Assembly (NCBI GenBank): GCA_016748015.1
Contig: JAAOMT010000681.1
Location: forward strand, 9,605-73,604
Source: Geosiphon pyriformis uo1
Taxonomy: Eukaryota > Fungi > Glomeromycota
Length of the DNA stretch: 64,000 bases
Reading direction: 5' to 3'
The translations under genes were made by a program, and so were the position numbers. Shown in pieces: positions 38,762 through 52,793 of this stretch. Positions within the stretch are counted from its first letter, which is position 1. Each line of letters starts with the position of its first letter. The notes under the pieces were generated by a model. The model did not search any database. It was given only the letters and a program-made list of their open reading frames with translations, and was not told the DNA's origin.

Positions 38762-41700
38762 GTGGTCTTGTGTAGAGGGTTGTTATGTGTAATGTTAGAG
38801 ATATGAATGTTTCTGTAAAACAAGATAATATTGTTTGATGGCATAAAGATATGGACAATTTGGTTTCGATTTTTATGGAAACAAAGTTAAAAAATAAGAC
38901 TTGCTCTTGGTTGGTTGACAAATTTGATGATGTTTGTGTGTTTTCTTCTGGTTTGAACTCTGGCTATATGGGTGCTGGTGTTGTGATTGTTATGAATAGA
39001 TCCTTGGCTAAGCATATATATAAGGTTTCTGAAATCCCAGGTCATCTTCTCTGCATCAGGTTACTTTTTAAGGATAAACTTTTGGTTTCAATTCTGGGAC
39101 TGTATGCTGGTGCCTCATTGGCTACTTGATTTTTTCAGGCTAATGAGATCAATTCTTTAATTGTAAAAGCTATGAATGAATCTTCTTTTGTTATTCTTCA
39201 TGGTGATTTCAATGAAGATGGCTCTCATAAGTGCACTAGTTTTAAAAAGTGCCATAATTTCAGTTTGGTTAATTTTTTGGGTGGGAGCTCCTTTGCTAAA
39301 GTGCCAACTTAAAGCAATTTTTAGGGTGTTACAAAGACAATTAATTATGTGTTTGTTTCCTCAAATCTGGTGAATGCGATAATACAGCATGATGTTTTTA
39401 TTGTCAGTGAACATTTTAATATGGATCACAGAGCTGTTTCTGTGTCTTTGGGTTTGGGTGACCTTTTAGATACAAGATTAAACTCTCTTTGCAAACAGGT
39501 GAATAAGGATTGATGGAAGTTCAATTTCAAGAGTGCTAATGAGATTAAATGGAATAATTTTAAAAGTTCTATGCTGGTCAATGTTACAATGTTCTCGGGT
39601 GAATTCACTGTGTCTGTGAGGTTTTGGAATTTGAACACTATGTGGTGTGTTGTGTGCAAAGTTATGACTCTTTTGACTAATGAAATTTTCAAGAAAAAGT
39701 GGTTCAAAAGGTTTGATAAAGTTTTTACCAAAGATTCTTCAAAATTTCATAAATTGGAGCTTTTGGTTTCTAAGATTGTTAAGGCTTTATATGAGGAAGA
39801 TGCTAGGAACTTTGTTTATCTTATGAAATATTAAAGTTCTGTAAATGATATTAAGTTTTTTGTTGTTCAAAATCTGGTAGATTCTAGTGCTGGTTTTGAT
39901 CGTATTTGTTCTACTTTTTTTGGTGCTAGAAAGTTTTATCATGTTTCCAAACTTATTGAATCTTTGAGAGCTAAGGAAACAAACATCAGATCTGCCATTG
40001 ATAAGAAAATAGAGAGCTTTGAAGTCAACAAGGATCATATGATCAAGAGTGTGCTGGAGCATCTATTTCATAAAGTGGTGCTAGACTATTTGGTAGTTAA
40101 TAATAATCTGATTTTGGAACCTGGTTTGGTTAAGTATAAGATGAATGTAATCATGGAAGGATAGACCAGAAAGTATTATGTGGCTGATGATGTATCAATT
40201 GATTGGCATCATCAATATCAACCTTTGGAATACGTTTTTAATAAGGCCTTTTCTGGTGTAATGTGTCCGATTGGTTTTGATGAATTCTTTAGGGTGGTTT
40301 CTGACTTGTCTGATAGAAAAGCCACTAGTTTGTCTGGTATCTCAAATGAACTTTGAAAACATTGTGATAAGTCTGTTCTGGATATGTTTTTGATGATTTT
40401 GAATCTTTGTCTGTCTGATGAATTGGTGCCTAGCCTTTGGAAAGAGGCCTGGGTCTTAGTAATTCTCAAACCATATGAGTGAGAGGGTGTTTTAACCAAT
40501 ACTCGTCCTATTGCTTTGATTGAAATGGCTCATAAGATTCTTTCTAAGGTTTTTTCTGACAGGATTTCCTTGACATATAGTGCTTTTGATGTTTTTTGTG
40601 GAAACAATTTCTCAGTTTTAAAAAGTATAACAATTCAGTCTCTTATTTTCGCAATTGGTTCAGTGGTTAAAGACGCTTTGAAAAAAGACTGAGAGCTTTG
40701 GCTGATTCTGCAAGACATGCGGAAAGCATATGATTCAGTTGGCTGGGAACATTTCAAAAATAGTTTGATCAGGATTAAAATGTATAGCAAATTCATTTGT
40801 TTTTTTGGCAACATTTACAATGATCATACCAACCAGGTTATAACAGATTTCAGTTTGACAGATGATTATTGTGTACATGATGGCCTGAATCAGGGAAAAG
40901 TTTTCTCCCCCCTTTTGTGGCAAATATTTTATGATTCTTTGTTGTGTAAAGTCAAGCATCAAGAGAGTGTATGTGAATATAGGCTGAATTCTCATTTTAT
41001 TTTCAAGAATTGTTATGCTGAATCTTGGGCTAGGCATTCTTCTTTTTTTGCTGCTGGTGTCTTTGTTGATGATATGAATTGGATTGGTAGCAGTCAAAGT
41101 GCTACTCAACATATTTTCAATGTTGTCAATGAATTTTTTTGGATCAATAATATTTCAATTAACAATGACAAAACAGTGGTGATTCCTATTAACAACAGTG
41201 TCAGCAATCTTTCTCTTTCTATTAGTGGTCTGTCTATTTCAATTGCCAAAAAGGGAAAGTCTCATAGATACTTGGGTATTTTTCTTTCAACTGAGGACTT
41301 TTCTAAACCTAGTTTGGTGAAAGTGCATTCAGATGTTCATTTTTTCACTAATTTGGTATTGAAGAAAGCTGTCTTAGATAAACAGTTCTTGTATTTGGTT
41401 TCAGCAGTTTTTCACCCTATTGTAAGCTATAGAACACAGTTTAGCTTTGTTTCTGTTGATGTGTGCAACAAATAGAATGCTTTGATTTGTAAGGGCTTGA
41501 AGCTAAAATCTGGTCTCCTACTGGATTTTCCTAGTAATATAATTTACCACCCCTTCTTTTATGGTTTAAAGTTTTTTTCACAGTATCAATCTGAGAGTAA
41601 GGTTGCTTTGCTTATTAGTTTTGCAAATTTTGGTGGAATTTTGGGGTGCTTGTTCAGTCACAGGTCTCATGACTTACAGGTTCTGAATTGGTGACATGTC

Positions 41701-43435
41701 CATCTATTGGTTTCTTCTGCTTGTATTCATGTCAATGTTTCTAATAATTTCTTAGCTGGTATGGTTCACATTTTTTTTGACTACAAGTTATCTTTGGGCA
41801 GCTCTTTGGCCAGCTCTTTCCAGTTTCATGATAGAATACCTATGTCTGTTGTTCTTGGCGAGTCTTTGTTTTGTAAGTTTTTACCTTTTCTCCGGCATTA
41901 TGGCGTTGTCTTTGTGGACCAGCTTTGTGATTGTTATGGTAGTGTTTTTAGTTGGCACACCTTTAAGCAGTGGAAGAAACTAAACTTTTGTGGTCTGGTT
42001 CCCAAATGGTTCGAACTTTCTGTTGCATTTTTTGTGGCTCCTCGTTCTTCTCTCTTAGTATTGGCTAATGTTGGCTCTTTGGACATTCGTGGTTCTGATG
42101 ATTTTGTATCTGTCTATGATTGTCTTTCTTGGATTGGCGCTGATAGCTTGTCTGTGTACACAGATAGTTCATTGAAGAATTTGGGCACAATTGGTTGTAG
42201 AGCTGGAGCTGCTGCTTTTTTTGAGGACATTAATTTGGGTTTGAGTATTAGTGTTCAAGGCTTAGTGTCATCTACTTTGATGAAGCTACAGGCTATAGCA
42301 TTGGCTCTAGTGTGTGCCTGCAGTTTGTTCTGTCCATCTGTTTTCAGATAGTCAGGCAGCTTTGGATGCTTGCAGATCGGAGTCTGACCTAGTGTGTCCT
42401 AATTTTTACAATCGGTGTTGGGTTGAGCGTCAGCATATCAAAAATGTTATTCACAATAAGAATTTGAGAGTTAAATGGCACAAGGTTAAGAGCCACTCTG
42501 GTATTTTGGAGAATGATTATGCTGATAGCCTCACTAATACTACGTCTCTTTCTGTTTAGTATTTTCTTTCTCGTGTTAATAAACATTTTTTGTTGGTAGA
42601 TGGTAGTATTGTTTCTGGTAATTCTAGGCATTTTGTTCATGATGTTTTTCATGCTGTTTGTCATGCGCATTGAGAGGTCAGTTCTGGTTCTGGATTTCTA
42701 GATAATGATTTGTGTTCAGATGTCAATTGGCTTTGTTCTTCCAGGGTTTGGTATCCTGATTTACATATGCCCATTGGTTTCACCAACAAACTGACTGCTA
42801 ATATTCGAACTTACTTTATAAAGACTTTGTATCATTGGCTTCCTATGACTGTTCAGAAGCACATTTACGATAAATGTTATCTTAGTGTTTTGTGTCTGTA
42901 TTGTGTTGAAGTGGAGGTGTTTGATCATGTATTTTCTTGTGTGGTTGATAATTTGGCTCGTCATCAGGTCTTGGAATCTTGCATGTCTTCTTGAAGGATG
43001 CTTTCTGGTCTCTCTCTTCCTTCTTCAGATGTATTGCAGCTGCTGTTAACTTGTGCTTTGGACTTCCTGGTTTTCTCAGCTCTTTATAAGAGTTTTGTTT
43101 TCAATAGATGACTTCAAGAGACTATTTCTATCTTCCATAATCCAAAAGTTGCTGGTGTTAAAATTGCTGATTTTGTGCAGTCTATTTGTCTTGCTTTCAG
43201 AAATAACATTTGGTTGGTCTGTGCTAAGCATTGTGTATTTATGGAAAAAAATGGCCTAATCCCAGTAGATGGCTCGATCCCCATCTTGGTTTCTGGTTTG
43301 ATTTCAGGATTCTTGGCTGGTGTAATTAAATTGCTTGGTATTGCTAAAGCTTTTGGTGTCTGTTTTGGCTTTCACAAGTCTTGTTCATTTTTTTCAGGTA
43401 TTGGTGACCTAGTTTTTGTTAATATAAATACATAG
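38758..43435 (+). pseudogene. LINE copy 1 ORF2 (AP endonuclease, reverse transcriptase, RNase H, C-terminal zinc finger)
   Basis: CNVR..N, ETKL, GDFN, MDH (APE); RPIALIE, LQDMRKAYDSV, GLNQG, FVDD, HRYLGI (RT); VYTDSS, FSDSQAAL, WHKVKSHSG (RNase H); CLYC..DHVFSC. Stops and a frameshift. Confidence 0.92.
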
Positions 43436-45474
43436 TGTTGTTCTGACTGGCTCAAGTGGCTGGTCACGTGTAGAAAATACATGATTCATGCTTAGTTTAG
43501 ATCATTTTCTTGATATATAGTTCTAAGTGGTGTTTGAATCTCACTCATTAAATTAATAAAAAAAAAAATATTGTTAAAATAACATTAGTAAAATATGAAA
43601 ATATTAATCATATACTTATTTAAAACTAAAATTACATATTAATCTGTATTTTATTAACTAATTAATGTAATTAAAAATTAGAGCCTATATAAAATATTAA
43701 AACAACCAAATTTTTAAATATATACTTGAGTTAAAATTTTTATTAGCAATATAAACAAATTTTCTGCTTAAAAAAAATAAAAACTTTGATTTTAAAAAAA
43801 TGTTTAAAGTAATTTATTTATTAATTTTATTCACATATTATTTTTTATATTATTTTATATTACAAGTTATTTTTTTTAATAAAAATAAGATATATAAATT
43901 GTTAATTTTAAATTTAAATTATTTTTAGCTAAAACTTTTTTTTTTATATTTTATTTTCAAACTATTAAAATATTAAACTATTTTTATATTAATTAGAATA
44001 TTTTTTTATATCTAATTAAAAAAATTTTGTTTTAAAATAAGTATTCAAAAATTGAATAATTTGATTTATTTTTTTATGTTTATATTTATTTTTCTAAATA
44101 TTTTAGATTGTTTAATAATAATAAAATTTTTAATAATAAAAAAAAAATATTTTCTTAGTATAATTAATGCTAAAAATACAGTTATAAATTCTTACTTTAT
44201 CAGTTCAATTTAAATTTACTCAAATAGTTTTACCAAATTAAATTCATGGTATATTAATTATTGATATTAATATTTTTAATATTGTTGAACTATATTAATT
44301 ACTATTAATAACATTAATTTAAAAAATAATTATACACAATTTTGTATATTAAAAAATTTTAAATATTTTAATATTTATAATTAATTTGCCAACTTATTAT
44401 TTATATTTTTTCAAAATAACTTTATATTAATATTGATACAAAAACTTTAATATGTTATTAAAATTCAAATTTTTAAACTAAAAAATATTACAAAATTTTC
44501 AATCTTTTAATAAGACCAAAATAAATATTAAGTTAAAAATCAGTGACTTTTAAAATAAATAACACATAATATGCTTTTAACTTGAAATATAATTCAAGAA
44601 CAAGCATATGTTTTTTTGGTAAATATATTCAAAAATTAAAAAAAAGCTAAATATTTTATTTATTTTGATAAATCCAATCTTAGACAAAATTAATTAACAT
44701 AGCAAATCTAAAATAAAATATTTCAGAGTTAACATTGATAAATTATATTTCAATAAAAACATAATCTAAAACTCAAAATTAGAAAATTAAATATTAATTT
44801 GTTTAATAATAAGTATATAAAACTTAAAAAATAAAGCAACTTTTTATGCATATCTTTTCTTTTTAAATATTAATAATTACGAGCATTAGTTAATATCTAA
44901 ATTAAATAACTATATTATTTATTTATCCCATTTCTTAAAAAATAAAAAAACGTTTTTTTGAGAGTATTTTCTTATATACAATTTTTTTGCAAAAAAGAAA
45001 ATAGGGAATAAGAAAAACTTAACTTTCTATATTAAAAACAAATTGCATATTCTTTCTTAAATTCCTCAAAATTTACTTTTTATTTAGAATTTGTAATTTA
45101 TAATAAAACATAATTAAAAAGTTTATTAATATGTTTCAAGTAGTAATTTCATTAAAAAAAATCAAATAACAATTGAAAATTTAGATAATTATTATATAAA
45201 AAATAAATTATATTAATAAATAGATATTTTGATTTAAATTTTTTAATTTTCAACAGAATTGCTTTTATTTTTAATTATCTCAATTATGTTAAGTTCATAT
45301 AATAAATTATTTTACATGTTATTTATATAGTCAGACCTCTATAAAAGAACACAGTTAGAACATATAAGTTATGTTCTATTATAAAGATGTTCTATTTTAG
45401 AGTTTTATAATTATTATCAAATAAACTATATTTATTATTAAATCAATCAATTATTATTATTATTATTATTATTA

Positions 45475-45990
45475 AAATATTAATTAATTGTAATCTGTTT
45501 TTTAGAGTTTTCCTTTATTTTTTTATATTTATATAATTTTTTCTAAATAAATTTTGGTTTTTTATACTAAAATTTCTTCTATTAATTGCTTTTTAAATCT
45601 AATTACCTTTTTTAATGCTTTATATGCTTCTGTAATTGTAATTATAGCAAATAGAAATTCTTTTAATTTTTTTTTTGAGTCATTAATTATATTAATTTCA
45701 ATTTGAGCATTGGCTAAAACCATATCTAATTTTTTATTATTATCAAGAATATTTTCAGTTGCTAATAATTTTTCAACTGCTATAGTATAATTTTCAAAAT
45801 TTTTCACCAATTTTTATGTATCTGATGATAAATTGTTAAATATATTTATAGCAATTAATGTTTCAAATTTTTAAATATAGAAAAAAATATCTGTTTTTTG
45901 CCAACAGTTTTAAATTAAAACAGGTGTTACTTGAAACCATGGTTGAACAACATAATCAATTGTCTGTTTTATGTTTAATTTATTTCTAAA
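45475..45990 (-). pseudogene. pogo transposase, C-terminal part
   Basis: KLNIKQTIDYVVQPWFQVTPVLI*NCWQKTDI...ITITEAYKALKKVIRF...KKQITIN. Confidence 0.8.
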
Positions 45991-46139
45991 AAATAAATTA
46001 ATATTTTTTTTTTATTACATGTTTTATGAGTAAAGTTCAACTGCTGTTTAGTATATAGAGCCAAACTAAGAGGCCCAGACTAAATACAGCTCATGCACTT
46101 ACTACATGTGACTAGTCACTTAGGCCAGACAAGGCAACA

Positions 46140-49100
46140 CTATACACCTATAACAACACGAGAACTGAAATCCAAACCAGAAAAGAAAAGTTTAGGCCTA
46201 TGATGGCCAAAGCTAACAGAAAAAGAACCCAAAACATCAAGCATCTAAACCACACCATCAGACAACACAGATGTCTTGCAATATAACAAACTTGATATCA
46301 CCTCATCATTTTCAACTGAACCAGCCTTTTCTATGCTTATCCAATTACTAGATCTTACCAGCCAGACCCTACTATGGTGTAGCTCAACAACACTCCTTAC
46401 AAAATTGACAACAACACCAACAGCCATCTTCCTGACTTCAAAAACCTCAACAGTCTTTAAGCACCAATCATTTATGACAAATCTCTTACACAGAATCGAA
46501 TACAAGCCAATATCTGATAAACAATAACCAAGAAACTGCAGAACAGCAGAAGAGGACAAAACACAAAAATCCACCAAAGAAACCTAAGATGTAGTGGTCT
46601 CAACAAGAATCTCATCTCGGACACCAGCATCTATAGCACAAGAAAACACAAGATCAGACAACTCTATCTCCCTACACAACAAGCACAGCACACCAGAGTA
46701 ACTCTTATCATACAACCTCTTTCGAACAACTACAGAGAGTTGATAGTGCACAGTTTTCATCAAATATGACTGCAGCACAGAAGACTTTTGACTAGTATAC
46801 CCAGTAAGCATGTGTGAGTCAGGATGCCACACTTTCGAGATAGCATTTCAGTTCACACATTCGATCAAACTACTCCAAATCACATCATGGTCAGGCCCAG
46901 CCTCTCAATGTGCTCAGCACACAGACCTAAACAGATTCCTAACAAAATGGTAGGCATTGCCAGACATAACCATACTCTCAGCAATTAAAAGCTATTTCCA
47001 CACCCCAATGGACAAAGAAAACTGAAAACATGCAATAGCATCAGCAGCAGCATCAGCTTTAATGTTGCCACAAACACCAGAATGACCTTTAACTTTGATC
47101 CAACCCATGCTCAAATCTTTTTCTCTAATCAAATCAAAAATGTAATGTCTCTCTACCCAGTATAGAACTCGGAAATCAGGCACCAAATAAGACAACTCGG
47201 AGACACATGTGTCAATAGCAGCTTGGCTATCAAGATGTACTGTTACCACACTAGAAGATAAAACACATTCCAACACCAAAACAACAGTTTGCAACTCAGC
47301 CAAGATGGAAGACATCAAACCATAGACTTTAACACCAATACTACAGTCAATAGCAGGAAAATATGCAGCAGCACTACCAGCAACACTAAAAGAGCCAAAA
47401 TCTTTTAGCAAACTATCTGTAAAAATTTCAAAAAGACCAGACCATAATTCATGTAAACTACTATGCAAATTAGAAAACTCCTCAGAAGCCAAAATGTCCA
47501 AACCAGAAAGTCAATTGGCTCTAGCCAGACCAAATGACAAAGTGCCACTATCATGCAAAAACTTAGATGTGACATCAAACCAATGAGGAACAAGTCCTCT
47601 TGGGTCAAGCTTTTTCCACTGGCAAAAAATCTTCCAATCTATTACATGATTCTTCTTGTCAAGCAACCTGTCTCCAAAAGCAACACCAAACCACTTTAAA
47701 GAATGAACAGAACCAAAGTAAGAAGCACTTTCCAGCACCAATAACATACGAAAATTGCCAAGATCATAAAAAGCACAAGGCAGGTTATTTGCCAGAAACA
47801 ACTTATTATCCAAAAAAATTTTAACTACACCAGCCAAAAAATTGTTCATGGGACTAACATGCAACTTGACAGAGAACTGCAGGAGATTCAAAAGAGCCCA
47901 ATCCAGAACCTACAAATCCAGGAATCTATGATCAAACAAACACCCTAAAATGTCCAAAGCATTAGAAAATGCAACCACAGCAGCCAATTTGCTCTCAGTC
48001 TGTATCTGCTTAAAAATTTTCAGGCCATACAATGAGAGATGATACAAAGCTGCATCAGGAAAGTCACAAGAGAGACTAGCTTTAAGCTTAAGACTCTTTC
48101 TGACCAAGGCATTTCACTTGTGGCACACATTCAAAAAAACAAAGCTGAATTAAGTACGGTAGTTGACAATGGACTGTAAGACAGCTGACACTAAATATGA
48201 GAACTGCTTATTTATAATAGCCTTTCTGAGCACTATATTGGCAAAAAAACAAACATCTGAATGAGCCTTGGCCAAATTAGGCCTAGACAAGTCCTCTGTT
48301 GACAAAAAAATCTGTGTGCTTCACCTTTTTTGGCAATAGAAACCAGCTGCCCATTAATATTCAGAGAAGCAACCTTAACACCCTGATTAATAGAAATGGC
48401 CACAGTTTTCTCACTATTAATAGAAATATTATTAAACAAAAAGAATTTACTAGCAATGTTCAAGGCATACTGCATTGATGCTTGGCAATCTCTAATCCAA
48501 ATGATGTCATCAACAAATGTTCCAGCCACAAAAAAGAAAGACATTTTACCACTACTCTCAACTCTGCCCAATTTAGCCACAAACTTAGTATTAATCTGGT
48601 ACTTACATAAATGCTTATGTCTTTTAACTTTACACAATAGTGGACCATAAAAAATTCTCCAAAAAAAGGGTGTAAAAACCTTACTTTGATCCAAACCATC
48701 ATGTATCCTATAATTATTTGAGAGGCCAAAATTAATTATTACTCTGTTAATCCTATCCTCATGAATACTGCCAAAAAACTTGATAAATCTGTCACACATC
48801 TTGATATGCTGTAGGCTAGTCTTTAAGTGGTGCCAACCAACAGAATCATATGCCTTATGCATATCCTGCAAAACCAACCAAAGTTTCTTATTTTTCTCAA
48901 AAGCATCTTCAATCACTGACCCAATAGCAAACACCAGAACCTGAGTAGAGGTACCCTTCAACACCAAAAAATTGTTGCCATGGAGGACACCAAACTTGCT
49001 ACAAGCAAAAGATATTCTATCAGAAAGAATCTTAGAAAAAATCTTTCTGGCTGTCTCAATTAAAGCAATAGGATGGGTATTTGTAAGAATTTTATCCTAA

Positions 49101-50822
49101 TCATAAGGTTTAGGAATCATCAAAACCCATGTCTTTTTCCACAAGACAGGCACTGTACTAACAAAGAAACATCTATTCAACAGCACCAAAAGACATTCCA
49201 TCATACTCTCACTACTATGCTTTCAAAGTTTGTTCAGAATGCCAAACAAGCCAGCAGCTTTGCTATCAGACAAACCACCAACAACTACAAGCAACTCACT
49301 TATGTTAATTGCATCCATTATACCAGAAAAAGCATTATCTCTAATATAGTCTAATAGTACATACTGGTGAGCTCAGAGATTAGACAGTGCAGAAGGCACC
49401 ACATATTTCCTTATCCAATCTTCCATGATCCTGTCAACATTCAATCTTACTCCATCTGGATCCAATACCAGCTCATCATTAACCATCAAGTAATCCAACA
49501 CCACCTTCCAAAAGAGTCTACCCAAAACACTTCTGATCATACTGCCCTTGTTTGAACAAAACTTCTTTATACATTTCTCAATAGCTGCTCTGATAAAAGC
49601 CTCCTATGCCAATTTCAATTCATACATTTTGAACTTCCTGTACTCTTTTCTGACAATTAACAAATATTTAAGAATGTTTATCATTTTCCGATCAGCATAA
49701 ATCATGTTCCTCAACACAAGAGTCTTATCAGCATCCAAAATTGACCATTTTTTAACAAGGCAATCAAACCTGAAAGCATCATCAGATTCCAACCTCTTGA
49801 CAATCTTGGCAACCAACAACTCCAATCTCAGAAATTTAGAAGACCACTTATTTTTTGAATTCTGAAAATCACTGAACCAAAGTTTAGAAAAGATCTCATC
49901 TACAAAACCCACCAATGCCCCTTCCAGTAGTGACCACATAGTATTTAAATCATGACCTGCAGCTATGGCAAGAAACCTATCTTTTATCATCAGAATCCTG
50001 GCAGAAGAGCAATCTCTAAAGCAAGACCATCCAGTACTGTCCACATCCTTGATTTTGAACTTTTAACAATCCTTATTAGCTTGTTTGAACAAACCATTCA
50101 ACTAAACATCCAAGAACCCATGTAGACTGATCAATACTGCCACAGCATTGTGGTCCATATCAAAAAAATCAGAAACAGAATCAACCCAACATTTTGCAAC
50201 AGCAAAAAATAGATTCTTACTAACAAAAATATAATCAATGGTTCTTTTAGCACCTCTTGAATTGCACTATATAGGAGTCTTAATCAAATAATGGCCATTA
50301 AACAAATTAACCAGACCCAAACTTGAACAGAACTTGAAACTCACACTTTTTCCAGACCTGCACTCATTAAAATCCCCACCCAAGACCACAAAAGTACTGG
50401 TGTTAACAGCCTTAGCAATAATAAAGTTAACCTCAGATGCCTGCTCAAAACAAATACCAGCAGAAACACCAGCATATACACTAAGAACAGACATTAAGAG
50501 CTTGCCCTTGAACAGAAGCCGCACTGAAATAACTTAACCAGGAATTACTTCAACCTTAGAAACATGATGAGCCAAAGAATTGTTCATGACAACAGCAACA
50601 CCAGCACCAAAATACCCAACATCCAAACCAGAAGTAAAAATCCGAACTCTATCATATTTATTCTTAATTCCAAAGCCCAGAAAAAGACCTCAACTTTGTC
50701 TCAGTAATAAAAGAAACTGTATTCCCAGAACTTATATGCCAGTGAACAACATTTACTTGCTTTGCAGAAACATTGATATTCCAAACATTGCATGTAGCAA
50801 ATTTCCAAATCAACCCACTCAT
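46140..50822 (-). pseudogene. LINE copy 2 ORF2 (APE-RT-RNase H-zinc finger)
   Basis: MSGLIWKFATCNV, LGGDFNE, LQDMHKAYDSVGW, TFVDDIIW, IFTDSL, DSQAAI, WIKVKGHSG, CLLC. Confidence 0.9.
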
Positions 50823-52793
50823 TGAGATGAAAAAGGTAATAAAAAGCCAGAACCAGAACACAAATAGTTCAATCTGTTCAACACTGAACTGATTGAAGCT
50901 TTCAAAGTGTTATCTTCAACTCTAATCCACTCACCTTGGTGGTTAGAATCTTGGAGCTACTTGAACTAAAACCAGAAGTATCATCAACAACAGCAAAAAG
51001 AGAAGGAGCAGAAGGCTCTGGTGCATCATCCAAAACCATATTCGAATTAACTTCTGGAGCCAAAGGTGTAGAAACAGCCAAAAAAAGCTCACAAGAAACA
51101 GATGGCAAAGGCACTAACTCCACAAAGCTCAACTTTCTCACAATATTAGAAACCTGATTGGTTAAAAGCTCCAAAAACTGTTTCAAAGCTGCCAAGCAAT
51201 CAAACAAATTAGAGACACCATGGAAATTAGCACTGCTAGAAGAGAACCAAGCACCAATAGAAGGTTTAGCACCAGGAGACAGACCAGTACCTAAAGGAGA
51301 CAAAAAACTCAAAAGAGAAGAGGAACCACCTGCAACTTAAGCCCAAGTTTTGCCACCAAAAAAAACCAGATGAATAATAGGTGTCTGCTTTTTTTTATAA
51401 ATGTTGGCCAGGCAAACCCAATTTTGATTAGTTACCACCCGCTTCCCACAAACTCCAAAATTTCCACCAATTAAACACACATTCAAGATATAACCAAACT
51501 GTTTGCATGTGGCACAACAAGCCAAAGAAAGACCAGCCCAGTGCAAATTTGCACTCTTAAAAACAGGAGCAGAGCCAATAGCAGCCAACTTAAATGCTTT
51601 ATTAGCAAAACAAACCACAGCATATCTGTTACATACATAAAAATTAGGATTGTGACCAATAAAACAGGTCTTCTCACTATACAAATCAAGCAAACCAGAC
51701 AAATTTTAAACAGTAGTGCTAACTGGCAAAGTATAGAGCAAAGTCTTATGTTGATTCTTAACTGTTCAAGATTGTTTGTCATCAATAGCCAACACCACAT
51801 GAACTGAATCTTTTTTTATGAGAACAGACCATTTGGAAGCAACTAAGCTAGCCATATCTGATAACTCAAATTCTACTGAAGTCTTTTGCCAAAGCCCAAT
51901 CAGTTAAATCCTAATTGAAACTACGTTACCAAATTTAGAAAATATTGACTCAATTGCTGATTTGAGAAAATCTACTGGAATCTCCTTGACTATTACTTCC
52001 CAATCTGAACAGCTGTTTGGTTTCTTGACACTAATATTTACTAAAATTTTCTCACTGATAGCCATTTTTTTGGCTTTGATTAAACTTAATTTGGAAGTAA
52101 AAGAAGATCTAATGATGTCAGGGAATTTTAAAGGAGCAGACGCCCTTCCCCAAAACTGTTGATTCGATAAAAAATTTTTTTTACAGCAATTAATTTGTCA
52201 TTAATAGTCTTGCCAGACAAGACAAAAGTCTCAATATCCAATGCAAACAACTTAACTGGATCAAAAACATGCTTTTCTGATGTATATGATCCAACAAAGT
52301 GCAAATTTTTTGAACTTGTGAACTTAAGAGATAGAAGAGTCACCAAATCCTTATTATTACTTAAAATGTTGAATGAAAGAGTCTTTGGAAGTTGACCTAA
52401 TATGTAAGTGCAAATGTGCATTTTTCTGGATGTTGTATTGTCCTCTATGTTATTGTCCACAGAAACGTCCAAGTCAGTGTAACTAGTTTCTTCAGTGATA
52501 ATATTCTTTATGTTCTCTAAGTTTGACAGACTACTCACATTACTTGCTTCGCTTTTCTTTTTGCTGCCCCAAGATTTCGAAAACTTACCACTAACGTTAC
52601 CAATGTTGGCCATGCCCAATGGACCAGCAGATGAGTCAACCATACTGGCACCAACTTTAAAATTCTTAGGTTTTTTGTAAGATGCACTATGAGAGTATAT
52701 ACTATTAATTCTCTTTTTCTTTGCATTAGGCCAAGTCTCCAAACCAGCAAAAGTAGATCCAGAGCCACCAACAACAGGACTTGCCAGTTCTAT
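50819..52793 (-). pseudogene. LINE copy 2 ORF1
   Basis: KLFALDI, CATCKQFGYILNVC knuckle, LANIYKKKQ. Start position approximate. Confidence 0.82.

Larger units (their letters stand above)
36685..43563 (+). mobile_element. Full-length non-LTR retrotransposon (LINE, APE type with RNase H), copy 1, inactivated
   Basis: ORF1 + ORF2, 3'UTR, AATAAA running into poly(A) at ~43555. TSD AAAAATATTGTTAAAA at 36669-36684 and 43564-43579 (edges ambiguous in A-runs). Confidence 0.93.
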
